DNA of 64,000 bases, from assembly GCA_965198115.1 (NCBI GenBank), contig OZ240241.1, forward strand, positions 2,432,001-2,496,000, in the 5' to 3' direction. Positions 41,239 to 50,712 of this stretch are shown one piece after another. Within the stretch, counting starts at the first letter, position 1, and each line of letters starts with the position of its first letter. The translations under genes and the position numbers were made by a program. The notes under the pieces are model-generated. The model had not been told where the DNA came from. It made no database searches and saw only the letters and a program-made list of their open reading frames with translations. This stretch comes from Candidatus Latescibacterota bacterium (GTDB lineage Bacteria; Latescibacterota; UBA2968).

Positions 41239-42975
41239 ATGGCTGAAGAACTCGGCACCCGCGATGTGCTCGAGCAGGTCGACGCCCGACTGAACAAAAT
41301 CGGGCTCTATCCGGGTTTCTCAACGGTGAAACTATAGAATGACAAGGTCATAGATCGTTCCCTACGCTTGGTTGTGTGTGTAGGACAATCAAAGCGAAGG
41401 GGGTGCGACCTATGACCGGGAGCAGATTACTATCGAAACTGCTGAGATTCAAGGGGTTCCGTGTTGTCAGCTGGTGGTTTGAGGGGAGAAGCTGTTTCGT
41501 CATCGCCGTAAAGCCACATAAGAATGGTTGTTGTTGTCCGGAGTGCGGCCGTCGAGGTAAAATCGTCCGCACAATGCCCCATCCGCGTCGGTGGCGTGAC
41601 ATTCCGGTGTGCGGGTGGAGGGTCTGGCTTCTCTACCATCCTCGGGAGATTCGGTGTCCTACCCACGGTCGTGTGGTCGAGGAGATTCCGTGGGCGGAGC
41701 GGTTCTCTCGGGTGACGTATCGCTTCGAGTATGCCATGCTGCGCTACTGCCAGACCATGACGCAGAAGGCGGCGTCCGAGTTGCTGCGCATCTCTGCCTC
41801 GACGCTGTCGGATCTCCTTCACCGATCCATCACGCGGCTTCGTGAAGGTCATCGTATCCGAGGGCTCAAAACCATCGGGATCGACGAGATCTCCTACGCC
41901 AAGCGTCACAGGTACGCCACGCTCGTTTACGATCTGGACCGCTCCTGCGTGGTGTGGGTTGGCCGCGGCAGGGCGCGTAAAACGATCGATCGGTTCTTCA
42001 CAGAGGCTCTCAGTCCCTACCAGAGATCCAAGATCGAGTGGGCCTGCTGCGACATGAGCGAAGCTTGAAGCTTACATCGGAGCCATCCAGGAACACTGTC
42101 CGAATGCCAAGCTGGTCCTCGATCGCTTTCACATCGTCAAGGCTCTCAATGCCGCCGTTGACGAGGTCCGTAAGGACCAGTGGCGTAAAGCTGCCCCGGA
42201 TGAGCGCAAAGCCATGAAGGGCCTCCGATGGCTCCTCTACCGGCACTCAGCGACACGCTCCAGAGGGGATACTCGGACACTCAAAGCACTGGAGAAGGCG
42301 AACTACCGAATCTATAGAGCCTGGAGACTCAAGGACGAGTTCGAGCAGTTCTGGGAATACAAAGCGCCCTGGGCTGCCGAACGCTTCCTGAAATGCTGGA
42401 CGACGTCCGCACTCAGAAGTCGACGTGAACCCCTGCGAAAGTTCGTCAGGACCCTGCGACAGCACTTCTTCGGCGTCCTCGCATTCGTGAACACGCGTCT
42501 TACCAACGCCATCGCCGAAGGCCTCAACCGAATCGTCCAAATCGTCAAGAACCGAGCCAGCGGATTCCGCACACTCGACGCATTCAACGATATGATCTTC
42601 CTTACCGTCGGAGACATAAACATCCCTGAGCAGATTCCGAAGAGGTTCCGCACACGCTAACCGCGCCCCCATGCCAGGAACCACGGCACCTTCACCCACT
42701 TCATCTCGTTGAGAGATCCGGATATAGCCCAAAATCGAGGCGGACATCCGGGAATTGCGATCGGGATTGAAACGCGCTTCGATAGGTTGGAGACGCGTTG
42801 GGGGCAGATTGATGCACGTTTCGAACGGATGGATTCCCGATTCGACCTTGCACATCAAGAGACGAACAATCTGCGTTCAGATATGGGCAAGGACATCCGT
42901 TGGCTTGTTGGACTCCTCTTTGCCGGGTGGCTGTCCCTGATGGCTACGATGGCTACTATCTGGACCAAGCTCTGA
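41239..42975 (+). pseudogene. Small coiled-coil protein with C-terminal TM, interrupted by ISL3
   Basis: MAEELGTRDVLEQVDARLNKI|EADIRELR, 1-nt shift, then IETRFDR...DIRWLVGLLFAGW. Paralogue of 46459. Confidence 0.85.
41303..42729 (+). mobile_element. ISL3-family IS copy 3, transposase broken by 7-bp duplication GAAGCTT (42060-42073)
   Basis: Near-identical to copy 1; exact 8-bp target duplication CAAAATCG. Confidence 0.95.
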
Positions 42976-43000
42976 CATCGAACAGCCTATCATCGACTGA

Positions 43001-43031
43001 GAGGGATCGGGACTCTTCCCGATCCCTTTTT
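43001..43031 (+). terminator. Rho-independent terminator
   Basis: AGGGATCGGGA-loop-TCCCGATCCCT followed by T-run. Confidence 0.8.
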
Positions 43032-43069
43032 CTGTCCACATCGGATACAAAACGACCGGTGCTCATATA

Positions 43070-44308
43070 ATGAAGATTTGTCTGACATCGCTGATCGTCT
43101 TCTGTCTGTTCAGCGCAGCTGTGCACGCAGAACAGCCGCTCGCTTTGCCCGATGGTGGTTACATCGTCGACCTGGACGGAACCACCCCGTCCGTTTCCGA
43201 CTTCGAAGACTTTCTTGCCCTGGTCGATGCGTTCAATGCCCGAAGGGGGAACCGCGAACTACTCACCGTATGCGGACATCACGTGCGACGGAACCGTCGA
43301 CTTCTCGGACTTTCTGATTTTCGTGGGAGGGTTCGGCAAGGAACAGAGGTGTCGGCTCTGGTGGGCCCCGAAATTGTTTCGGTCTTTCCAACGGACGGCA
43401 GCCCGGATGCGAACGTTCGGTCAGATGTCCGGATCACATTCAGCGCATCAATGGATTCGACGGATTTTAATGGTTTCACACTGAGACACGCGACAACCCA
43501 CGAGATCGTGAATGGCTCCACGTCGTTTTCGTCGGATGGTAGGACAGTGACCTTGAACGCGTTGGGCGATCTGGACACGGCGACGGAGTTCGTGGCTGTT
43601 GTGAATCCATCCGTCGAGGATGCGGCCGGAAATGCGCTGGGCCGCGTCTATGTCTGGCGGTTCACGACCCAGGGGACGCCACCGCCCAATCCAACCTTTG
43701 CACTACCTTTTGCGATCGAGGACATCGACCTCATCCAAAAGCTGCTGAATCCCTTCGGACCGATCCGGCACTCACGAGATACGGGAATCGGTCACGGAGG
43801 AATCGATATGCCGCTCCAAACGGGAGCCGCTTTCTTCGCTGTGGAGGACGGAGTCATCGTAGAGGTGTTGCCCGGTTCGGGAGGGCGACCCGGTAACGAC
43901 GTGAAGCTGCTGATCGGGGCGGAAGAACCGGCCCAGGCCGGTTGGATTTTCGAGTACGAGCACATTGCCCTCGAACCCGGTTTCGGTGAAAACAGTTTGC
44001 TGACTCGGGGCCAGCTGTTCGCGAGGACGCCGGACCCGCCTGTGACGAGCTACCACCTTCAACTGTCCTATTGGGAAAACACTTTCACATCGAATTCCAG
44101 GTGCTGGGTCGACTTTCTGGTTGATTCAACCTTCGCCCGGCACTTCAACGAGGCCATTCGCACGGACTCGATGTTCGTATCGAGCTGGGAGGATGCCGAG
44201 GCCGAAGGACAGCATCAGTTTAGAGCGTTTCTGGATCCGAAACGCTATCCGGAAGGACCGCAGCTCTGCTATCCGATCGGGACGGATGTGCGGATACCCG
44301 TTGAGTGA
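43070..44308 (+). CDS. Secreted protein: EF-hand/dockerin-like repeat + Ig-like (Big_5) + M23-like peptidase domain
   Basis: Signal peptide; PEIVSVFPTDG...ITFS...DAAGNAL...WRFTT; HGGID, YEH, HLQL. Confidence 0.75.
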   Translation: MKICLTSLIVFCLFSAAVHAEQPLALPDGGYIVDLDGTTPSVSDFEDFLALVDAFNARRGNRELLTVCGHHVRRNRRLLGLSDFRGRVRQGTEVSALVGPEIVSVFPTDGSPDANVRSDVRITFSASMDSTDFNGFTLRHATTHEIVNGSTSFSSDGRTVTLNALGDLDTATEFVAVVNPSVEDAAGNALGRVYVWRFTTQGTPPPNPTFALPFAIEDIDLIQKLLNPFGPIRHSRDTGIGHGGIDMPLQTGAAFFAVEDGVIVEVLPGSGGRPGNDVKLLIGAEEPAQAGWIFEYEHIALEPGFGENSLLTRGQLFARTPDPPVTSYHLQLSYWENTFTSNSRCWVDFLVDSTFARHFNEAIRTDSMFVSSWEDAEAEGQHQFRAFLDPKRYPEGPQLCYPIGTDVRIPVE

Positions 44309-44321
44309 TCTGCGCTGGCTT

Positions 44322-44347
44322 TAAAAGTGGCCCCGGGGCCACTTTTA
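44322..44347. terminator. Perfect 26-bp palindrome, likely bidirectional terminator
   Basis: TAAAAGTGGCCCCGGGGCCACTTTTA. Confidence 0.6.
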
Positions 44348-44438
44348 CACCGGTGATCGATCCTGTGTCAAACTGATACACTGCGATCGCCAACGACGCC
44401 AACCTTCCGGTAGAAACTTGTTCGGGTATGTTTTATCA

Positions 44439-45266
44439 ATGCGAGCCACATCCAGCTGGGCAGCCTTCGGGATCTGTCTCATCCTTGCTAATGGACAAGC
44501 CCGGGCAGGCGCCTGGACACAACCCAAGGATGGCTACTACTTCAAGGTCTCGACCAACTACCTCGACACCAGTTCGGACATCGATGCATCCGGCAGCAGG
44601 ATCCCGAAGGCCGGACAGGGCAACCTGAGGGACATCAGTACCTTCATATATATAGAGTACGGCCTGTCCGACAGACTGACGCTGGTGACGTCATTACCCT
44701 ACAGGAGACTAAGCGACCGACGTATCTTCGAAACAGGCATCGCCAGAGAGCGCCGGTCTGGATTCGGAGACACCGAAATTCGGGCACGATGGGCCATCTC
44801 GACCGGCCGAACGCCAATATCCTTCGCCGTGGGTACGAAACTTTCCCTCTGGCGACCCGAGGGGACGACCAGGGTGCCACTCAGCACGGGCGAGGCGGAC
44901 TTCGATACGCGAATACTCGTCGGCCGATCGTTGCACCCCCGCCCCGTATACACCACTGGCGAGTTGGGCTATCGCCTTCGGGGCGGTGCGTTCAGCGACG
45001 AGCTGTTTTATTCTTTCGAAGCCGGGATCTCAGCGAGAAGATTTTCGTTCAAGGGATTACTGAATGGCACGCAAACGCTGGGCGACTGTGAACCGATGGG
45101 CGAGGTTGGCCTGATCGGCGATCAGAACATCCTGAAGATCTCGCCTGGCGTGATCTACGCACTCAACGAGCGATTGGAGATCAGCCTCGAGCTGATTCAC
45201 ACGGCCACCGGGTGCAACACGACCGCGGGCAGTGTGTTGTCCCTCGGCATAGCGATTAAACCCTGA
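44439..45266 (+). CDS. Putative outer-membrane beta-barrel protein
   Basis: Signal peptide, AGAWTQPKDG, YIEYGLSDRLT, GFGD, alternating strands. Confidence 0.65.
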   Translation: MRATSSWAAFGICLILANGQARAGAWTQPKDGYYFKVSTNYLDTSSDIDASGSRIPKAGQGNLRDISTFIYIEYGLSDRLTLVTSLPYRRLSDRRIFETGIARERRSGFGDTEIRARWAISTGRTPISFAVGTKLSLWRPEGTTRVPLSTGEADFDTRILVGRSLHPRPVYTTGELGYRLRGGAFSDELFYSFEAGISARRFSFKGLLNGTQTLGDCEPMGEVGLIGDQNILKISPGVIYALNERLEISLELIHTATGCNTTAGSVLSLGIAIKP

Positions 45267-45274
45267 CAGAACTG

Positions 45275-46278
45275 ATGGCACTCATCAAGACAAAGAAGCG
45301 TTGGGAGATTCCGGAACGGAACGCGACGCCCGAATCCGTCTACCTCAACAGACGTCAGTTCCTGAGGGCCCTCGGCATTTCGACCGTGAGCGTGAGTCAG
45401 ATTCTCACGGCCTGCAGCTACGATCGCAGCTTCGAGTCCATCGACGGTTCTCCGATCTCTGGTTCGGTCGACACACCGGCTGACATTCTGGCGCTCTATC
45501 CGGCGTCCCGCAATTCGGCTTTCTCGACCCTCGACCGTGATCTGACCGCAGCCGACGTGGCAGGCACCTTCAACAACTTCTACGAGTTCAGTTCAGGAAA
45601 GACGCAGATTAGCGAACTGTCCAGGATGTTGTCCCTTTCGCCCTGGGCGGTGGAAGTCACCGGGCTCGTGCAAAACTCGATGACCCTGGACGTGAACGAC
45701 ATCCAGCGGAGATTCGAGCTGGAGGAGCGCCTGTATCGACACCGTTGCGTGGAAGCGTGGTCGATGGCCGTCCCCTGGACGGGTTTCCCGATGAAGGTGT
45801 TGATCGACGCGGTGCAGCCTGATTCGTCCGCCCAATACGTGCTGCTGACCACGTTCATTATGCCTGAGATTGCCCCGGGGCAGTTCAACAACCCCCAGTG
45901 GCCCTGGCCCTATCGGGAGGTCATTACAGTCGAGGAAGCGGCGAACGATCTGACGATGATCGCGACCGGCATTTACGGCAAACAGTTACCGCCCCAGCAC
46001 GGCGCGCCCATCAGATTGGTCGTTCCGTGGAAGTACGGATTCAAAAGCATCAAGTCGATCGTCCGGATCGAGTTCGTCGCGGAGAGGCCGGCCACGTTCT
46101 GGAACAGCCTCTTCCCCCCGCCTATGGGTTCACAGCGAACGTCAACCCCGACATCCCTCATCCCAATTGGCCTCAGAACACCGAGTATATAATCGGGACG
46201 AACGAGATTCGGCCGACCCTACCTTACAACGGCTATGGCGACTTCGTCGCTCATCTCTATCCGTCGGGCCCGGGCTGA
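45275..46278 (+). CDS. msrP: Protein-methionine-sulfoxide reductase catalytic subunit (frameshift in C-run ~46114-46119)
   Basis: [43 protein letters not shown]; second frame [16 protein letters not shown]...TLPYNGYG. Confidence 0.9.
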
Positions 46279-46458
46279 TACCTGGCTACACCTTTCAATA
46301 GCATCATTCGAACAGTTCTTGCAAGCTCGATCGCACGGAATGCACTGAAAGGACCGCTCTCGAGACGACACGGAGTTTACCACGTCCTTCCTATCACTTG
46401 AGGATGTTGTACAGCTGAGCTATCATTGGGAAACGACCAAGCCAAGCGTGGAGATCCG

Positions 46459-46689
46459 ATGTCAGAAGAACTCGGGACGAGGGACGTGCTGCAGCAACTC
46501 GATGCGCGGATGAACAGCCTGGAGAATCAAAATCGCTCAGAAATGGGGAGCTTGCGGTCCGAGATGGGAAGTATGAGGTCTGAGATGAACGCCCGCTTCG
46601 ATCGTGTGCATCAAGACTGGCGATGGCTCACGGGACTCTTCTTCGCGGGATGGATAACCGTGATCGCCTCCATCTGGCTCAAACCATAA
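46459..46689 (+). CDS. Small coiled-coil protein with heptad repeats and C-terminal TM
   Basis: GGAG RBS; RSEMGSL/RSEMGSM/RSEMNAR 21-nt repeats; WRWLTGLFFAGW. Confidence 0.85.
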   Translation: MSEELGTRDVLQQLDARMNSLENQNRSEMGSLRSEMGSMRSEMNARFDRVHQDWRWLTGLFFAGWITVIASIWLKP

Positions 46690-46697
46690 AATCAACC

Positions 46698-47705
46698 TCA
46701 CCGCCCCGCTCGACCCGGTCGCTTAATCTGATCGAAATCTTCCTGCAGGAACGGACACCCGAACGGCTCTTCATACGGACGGTACGGAACCATCGAGGCA
46801 ATTTCATCGATTCGCTCTAGGATCTCGGTGGGAAGCGGTCCATCCTCCGCGGCTCGAACATTCTGACGCAACTGATCGACGTTCCGCGGTCCCGTTAAGA
46901 CAGCCGACGCGTCGCCCGCATTACCCAGCACCCACCGCAACGACAGCTCGGGAATCGGTATCCCGACCTCATCGACCAGCTTGTAGAGCTGCTTCAGCTG
47001 TTCTCTCCTCGGCTTGTTCAGCCACCTGCCGTCCGCCGCCCCAACCTGCGCATCGAATCGATGGGCCAGCCATCCCTGTTGCGTCGGGGACGCCAGAAAG
47101 ATTCCCATATTCTGTCGCCTGGCTTCGGGCAGGAGCTCGATCTCGGCCTCTCGCCACAGCATACTGTAGTTGAACGCGGTCAGTACGACGTCGTAGAATC
47201 CCGTCGCCATGATGGGCACGATTTCGTAGGCCGTCGTCCCACCCAATCCTGAAAACCGAATGACCCCCTCGTCCTTCAACTCCTGTAGCAATTCGTGGAC
47301 TGGGCCATCGTAGGTGCGAAGATCGTCCCACCAGTCGAGCTGACCGGGCCGATCTGGCTCGTGAATCATCATAATGTCGATCGTGTCGCGATGGAGCAGC
47401 CTCCTGCTCTCGTCCACAATCGCGCGAAGATGCGTCTTGTCTTTGGGGTCGAAGTCGTCTGATCGGGGTCCCAGCTTCGTCGAAACGATACACGGCCGGG
47501 TCACATCTTTGAGGGCTTCGCCGACACCCGCCTCGCTGTCACCGTAGTCAGCCGATGTATCTAGCAAGTTCAGCCCCAACTCCAGCGCCTCGTGGACGAT
47601 GGCCTTCGCTCCCGCGTAACCGTCCTCACCACGGGTCGCGAAGGCCCCGCCGAGCGCCAACTCGCTCACTTCCAACCCGGTACGACCCAGGATTCGCTTC
47701 TTCAT
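46698..47705 (-). CDS. Aldo/keto reductase
   Basis: LGRTGLEVSELALG, LDTSADYGDSE, STK, IHEP. Confidence 0.92.
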   Translation of the reverse strand: MKKRILGRTGLEVSELALGGAFATRGEDGYAGAKAIVHEALELGLNLLDTSADYGDSEAGVGEALKDVTRPCIVSTKLGPRSDDFDPKDKTHLRAIVDESRRLLHRDTIDIMMIHEPDRPGQLDWWDDLRTYDGPVHELLQELKDEGVIRFSGLGGTTAYEIVPIMATGFYDVVLTAFNYSMLWREAEIELLPEARRQNMGIFLASPTQQGWLAHRFDAQVGAADGRWLNKPRREQLKQLYKLVDEVGIPIPELSLRWVLGNAGDASAVLTGPRNVDQLRQNVRAAEDGPLPTEILERIDEIASMVPYRPYEEPFGCPFLQEDFDQIKRPGRAGR

Positions 47706-47720
47706 ACACTCACCCTTCAG

Positions 47721-47963
47721 TCAAGCCAGGAGATCGATACGCGAACCCTGCAAATCGTTCGCCTTGCGTAGGACCAACGTGGAGACCGACGTGAGCACCT
47801 TGTCCCTCGCGAGACGCGTCGACAGGTCGGCGATTTCCCTTATCGTGGTCGAACCTTGGAGATCATCGTTCAACGATCGGAATGCCGCTTCCAACTCCCG
47901 GGTATTCTGAGCGAGGTGACGCTGAGCGTTCACCGCGGGTAGATTAGAGTTGATCGTCAGCAT
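47721..47963 (-). CDS. Mini flagellin-like protein (terminal segments only)
   Basis: MLTINSNLPAVNAQRHL resembles the flagellin N-terminus; KVLTSVSTLVLRKANDLQGSRIDLLA resembles the C-terminus. Confidence 0.7.
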   Translation of the reverse strand: MLTINSNLPAVNAQRHLAQNTRELEAAFRSLNDDLQGSTTIREIADLSTRLARDKVLTSVSTLVLRKANDLQGSRIDLLA

Positions 47964-48053
47964 AGGTGAAGGAAACCAACGCGCTGGTGTACTGGCAAGT
48001 CCTCAACACATCAGCCCTCGCTCATCAGGCCAACGGACCCCACCAGATCACAA

Positions 48054-49328
48054 TCAGTCGACCCTGTCGAGGTTCCCGGCCTCCCTCGGTGTGAAGAATC
48101 CATCCCTTTCCACCATCTTGCGACTCGGCACTTTCCACCGTAAGACACCCAGCCGACCGCTACCCCAGGAATCTACATCCTCGCCCTCTGGTACGGGGGA
48201 ATTGTCGTAGCACCTCAACCTCAGGCCACGCAAACGCCACGTTTCGCGACTGTCGTGGACTGTCACGATTGTATCGTCATCCAGGACGACGGAGCGCGCA
48301 TACTGACCACAGCGGTAGAGCTGGTAGACGGACCTGCTCCAGGTTTCGCCGCGATCGTAGCTCAGCATAAAACGCTGCCCGTATCGTCCAAACGTCAGGA
48401 TCAGGGTGTCGTCAGACAATCGCAGAATCGACCCGGACTGTTGGGCGGACGCCGTCACGATCCTCGGGGTCGCCCAGGTCTTTCCCCCGTCTGTACTCGA
48501 GCTGAATGCCGTGTGCTGGAACAGCTGACAGCCCACATCCGCGGGCGAACCGGTCCCGGAATACAGTCTCGCATCAGTCGCGAGATCGTCGGGATCTTCC
48601 GGCGTTTTGTTTCTCTGATACCGGATCGATGCGACGATCTCACCCGTCGGCAGCTCGAGCAGGTTCGGCTCAGGGGAGTGGTCCGTAAATCTTGAGAACC
48701 TCGACCACGTCCTGCCGTCGTCGTCGGAGCTGAAAATGAACGAGTGAAAAAAATCCTCGTTCTGAGGCACGGCTTTACCCGGACGAGCCCACGATTGGAC
48801 GACGAAGGGGACGACAATCCGTCCTTCGTGAAGCTGGATCGGCTTCGTCTGATCGCCGATGACATCGTAGGGCGAAGAATCGAACGGTCCGGTGGCCTGC
48901 CACGTGCGTCCTCGGTCTTCAGATCGGGTCGTCCACGCAAACGTGTGATGGCTTTCATCCTGCGTGAGCTCTTCGTGGTCCTCACCGTCGTTGGCTCTCA
49001 TCCCCCACACGACCAGAAGCGTGCCGCTGTCCGTGACACCGATCCCCGTGGGACTACAGGAGAGTCTCGTAAGACCTTCGGGTAATTCCGGACTCAGCGA
49101 GGGCGACGTGGCGAGAAGCGCCCAGTTCCGACCCGAATCCTTGCTGTGGTAGACCTGGCCTTCGGTTCCCGCCGTGAACAGTTCCTGATCGGGACCCCCT
49201 GCGACAGTCGGTTGGAAGATCGGACTCAACCCCGTATCGATCTGTTCACACGGCCACTCGACCGGCGGCTGCCTGAACACTTCGAACACCTCGGGATGAA
49301 GGTCTGCCCACGTACGAATGTGCGTCAT
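48054..49328 (-). CDS. BNR-repeat/sialidase-family protein
   Basis: SKDSGRNW, SEDRGRTW, SDDDGRTW, STDGGKTW, SYDRGETW. Confidence 0.85.
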   Translation of the reverse strand: MTHIRTWADLHPEVFEVFRQPPVEWPCEQIDTGLSPIFQPTVAGGPDQELFTAGTEGQVYHSKDSGRNWALLATSPSLSPELPEGLTRLSCSPTGIGVTDSGTLLVVWGMRANDGEDHEELTQDESHHTFAWTTRSEDRGRTWQATGPFDSSPYDVIGDQTKPIQLHEGRIVVPFVVQSWARPGKAVPQNEDFFHSFIFSSDDDGRTWSRFSRFTDHSPEPNLLELPTGEIVASIRYQRNKTPEDPDDLATDARLYSGTGSPADVGCQLFQHTAFSSSTDGGKTWATPRIVTASAQQSGSILRLSDDTLILTFGRYGQRFMLSYDRGETWSRSVYQLYRCGQYARSVVLDDDTIVTVHDSRETWRLRGLRLRCYDNSPVPEGEDVDSWGSGRLGVLRWKVPSRKMVERDGFFTPREAGNLDRVD

Positions 49329-49403
49329 TGGGTCCTCGAGCGGATGCTGAAGAGACTGGTGAGCGATCATACAGTCGTGGGCTCCTGCCCGCGACCGTTG
49401 TAG

Positions 49404-49661
49404 AACAACGCGTTACGCTCGCCCCCGTGCTCCGCACGGGGGCTCTATACCCATCGCGGAATGTGTAGATTTGTCATCCCGGCAGGCCTCAGGCAGGGGG
49501 TCGTCCTTTGGTCTTTCTTCAAGGATCCCTTCAGAACACGTCCCAGGCGAAGACCTTGTTTCGAAGTGTCTGGATCATGACTTATAATCCCCTACTGACA
49601 CAACCTGGTTCTTTTGCGTAAAACAACACACTGCGCTCGTCCCCGTGCTCTGCACGGGGAC
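49404..49661. repeat. Two ~40-bp direct repeats each ending in a GC hairpin
   Basis: AACAAC....T.CGCTCG.CCCCGTGCTC.GCACGGGG at 49404-49443 and 49622-49661. Confidence 0.75.
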
Positions 49662-49677
49662 GCAGAGGGGCAATAGT

Positions 49678-50676
49678 ATGAGCGTGTATGAAGATGCAAT
49701 CGTGATCGATAGTCTGAACGTGAGCAACTGGGAAAGCCCCGCTGTGTTTCACGCTATGCACACGGGGGGCGTGACGGCAACCAACGTCACAGTCGCAACT
49801 TGGGAAAACTTCATTGAGACGATGGATCACCTGGCGGCGTGGCCCAGCCGATTCGACGACCACAAAGACATTCTGCTTCAGGTAAGATCGACAGCCGACA
49901 TCCGAAGGGCCAAAGAAGATGGCCGCGTCGGAATCATCCTCGGGTTCCAGAATGCCTCCCCCATCGAGAACGATCTGGACCGGCTCGCCCTCTTTCACGA
50001 CCTGGGGGTGCGGATCATCCAGCTGACCTTTCACGAACGCAATCTGCTCGGCAATGGCTGCTACGAACGTGGCGACGATGGGCTCAGCAACTTCGGTCTG
50101 GATGCGGTGCGCGAAATGAACAGGATGGGCATCGTCATCGACCTCTCCCACGTCGGCGTCCAGTCCACGCTCGATGCGATCGAGCATTCCGAGCAACCGG
50201 TCGCGGTGACCCACGCGAATTGCCGGGATTTCCACGAAAGCCCCCGCAACAAAACCGACGAGGCTCTGAAGCGGGTGGCCGAGAAGGGTGGTGTCATCGG
50301 GGCAACGGCGATCGGTTCGTTTCTTCCAACGCAGTTTGAATCCTCGCTGGATGATTACATAGACGCGATCGACGATATGGTCGAGCGCGTAGGAATCGAT
50401 CACGTCGGCTTCGGCACGGACTTCACACAGGATCAGCCGAAGCCGTTCTGGCGCTACATCGGGTCACAGCAGGGCACGAAGTTTCCGGCCACCTTTACTA
50501 ATCCTTTCGTAGAGTATGACGAAGTGTCTCTCTACCCCACGGATCTGGAGACACCCGATAAACTACCCAACCTCGGGAGGGCGCTTACCGCCAGGGGATA
50601 CGGACCTGAGGATGTATTGAAGATTCTAGGCGGAAACTGGCTCAGGCTGTTCGCACAGGTTTGGAGCGAAGCCTGA
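49678..50676 (+). CDS. Membrane dipeptidase (M19) family
   Basis: GFQN, IDLSHVG, THAN, RNKTD, GFGTDF, GGNWLR. Confidence 0.92.
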   Translation: MSVYEDAIVIDSLNVSNWESPAVFHAMHTGGVTATNVTVATWENFIETMDHLAAWPSRFDDHKDILLQVRSTADIRRAKEDGRVGIILGFQNASPIENDLDRLALFHDLGVRIIQLTFHERNLLGNGCYERGDDGLSNFGLDAVREMNRMGIVIDLSHVGVQSTLDAIEHSEQPVAVTHANCRDFHESPRNKTDEALKRVAEKGGVIGATAIGSFLPTQFESSLDDYIDAIDDMVERVGIDHVGFGTDFTQDQPKPFWRYIGSQQGTKFPATFTNPFVEYDEVSLYPTDLETPDKLPNLGRALTARGYGPEDVLKILGGNWLRLFAQVWSEA

Positions 50677-50712
50677 CCGAACGGACCGCTCGCACCGAGC
50701 ACTCCATCTTTC

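Noticed and set aside
46110-46125. Programmed frameshift or phase variation in msrP
   Set aside because: A single-base indel in a C-run is more simply a sequencing error, given similar indels at 30836, 42765, 43245 and 59158.
46530-46600. 21-nt repeats as a mini-array or DGR target
   Set aside because: They are in-frame coding heptads, with no RT or template repeat in the window.
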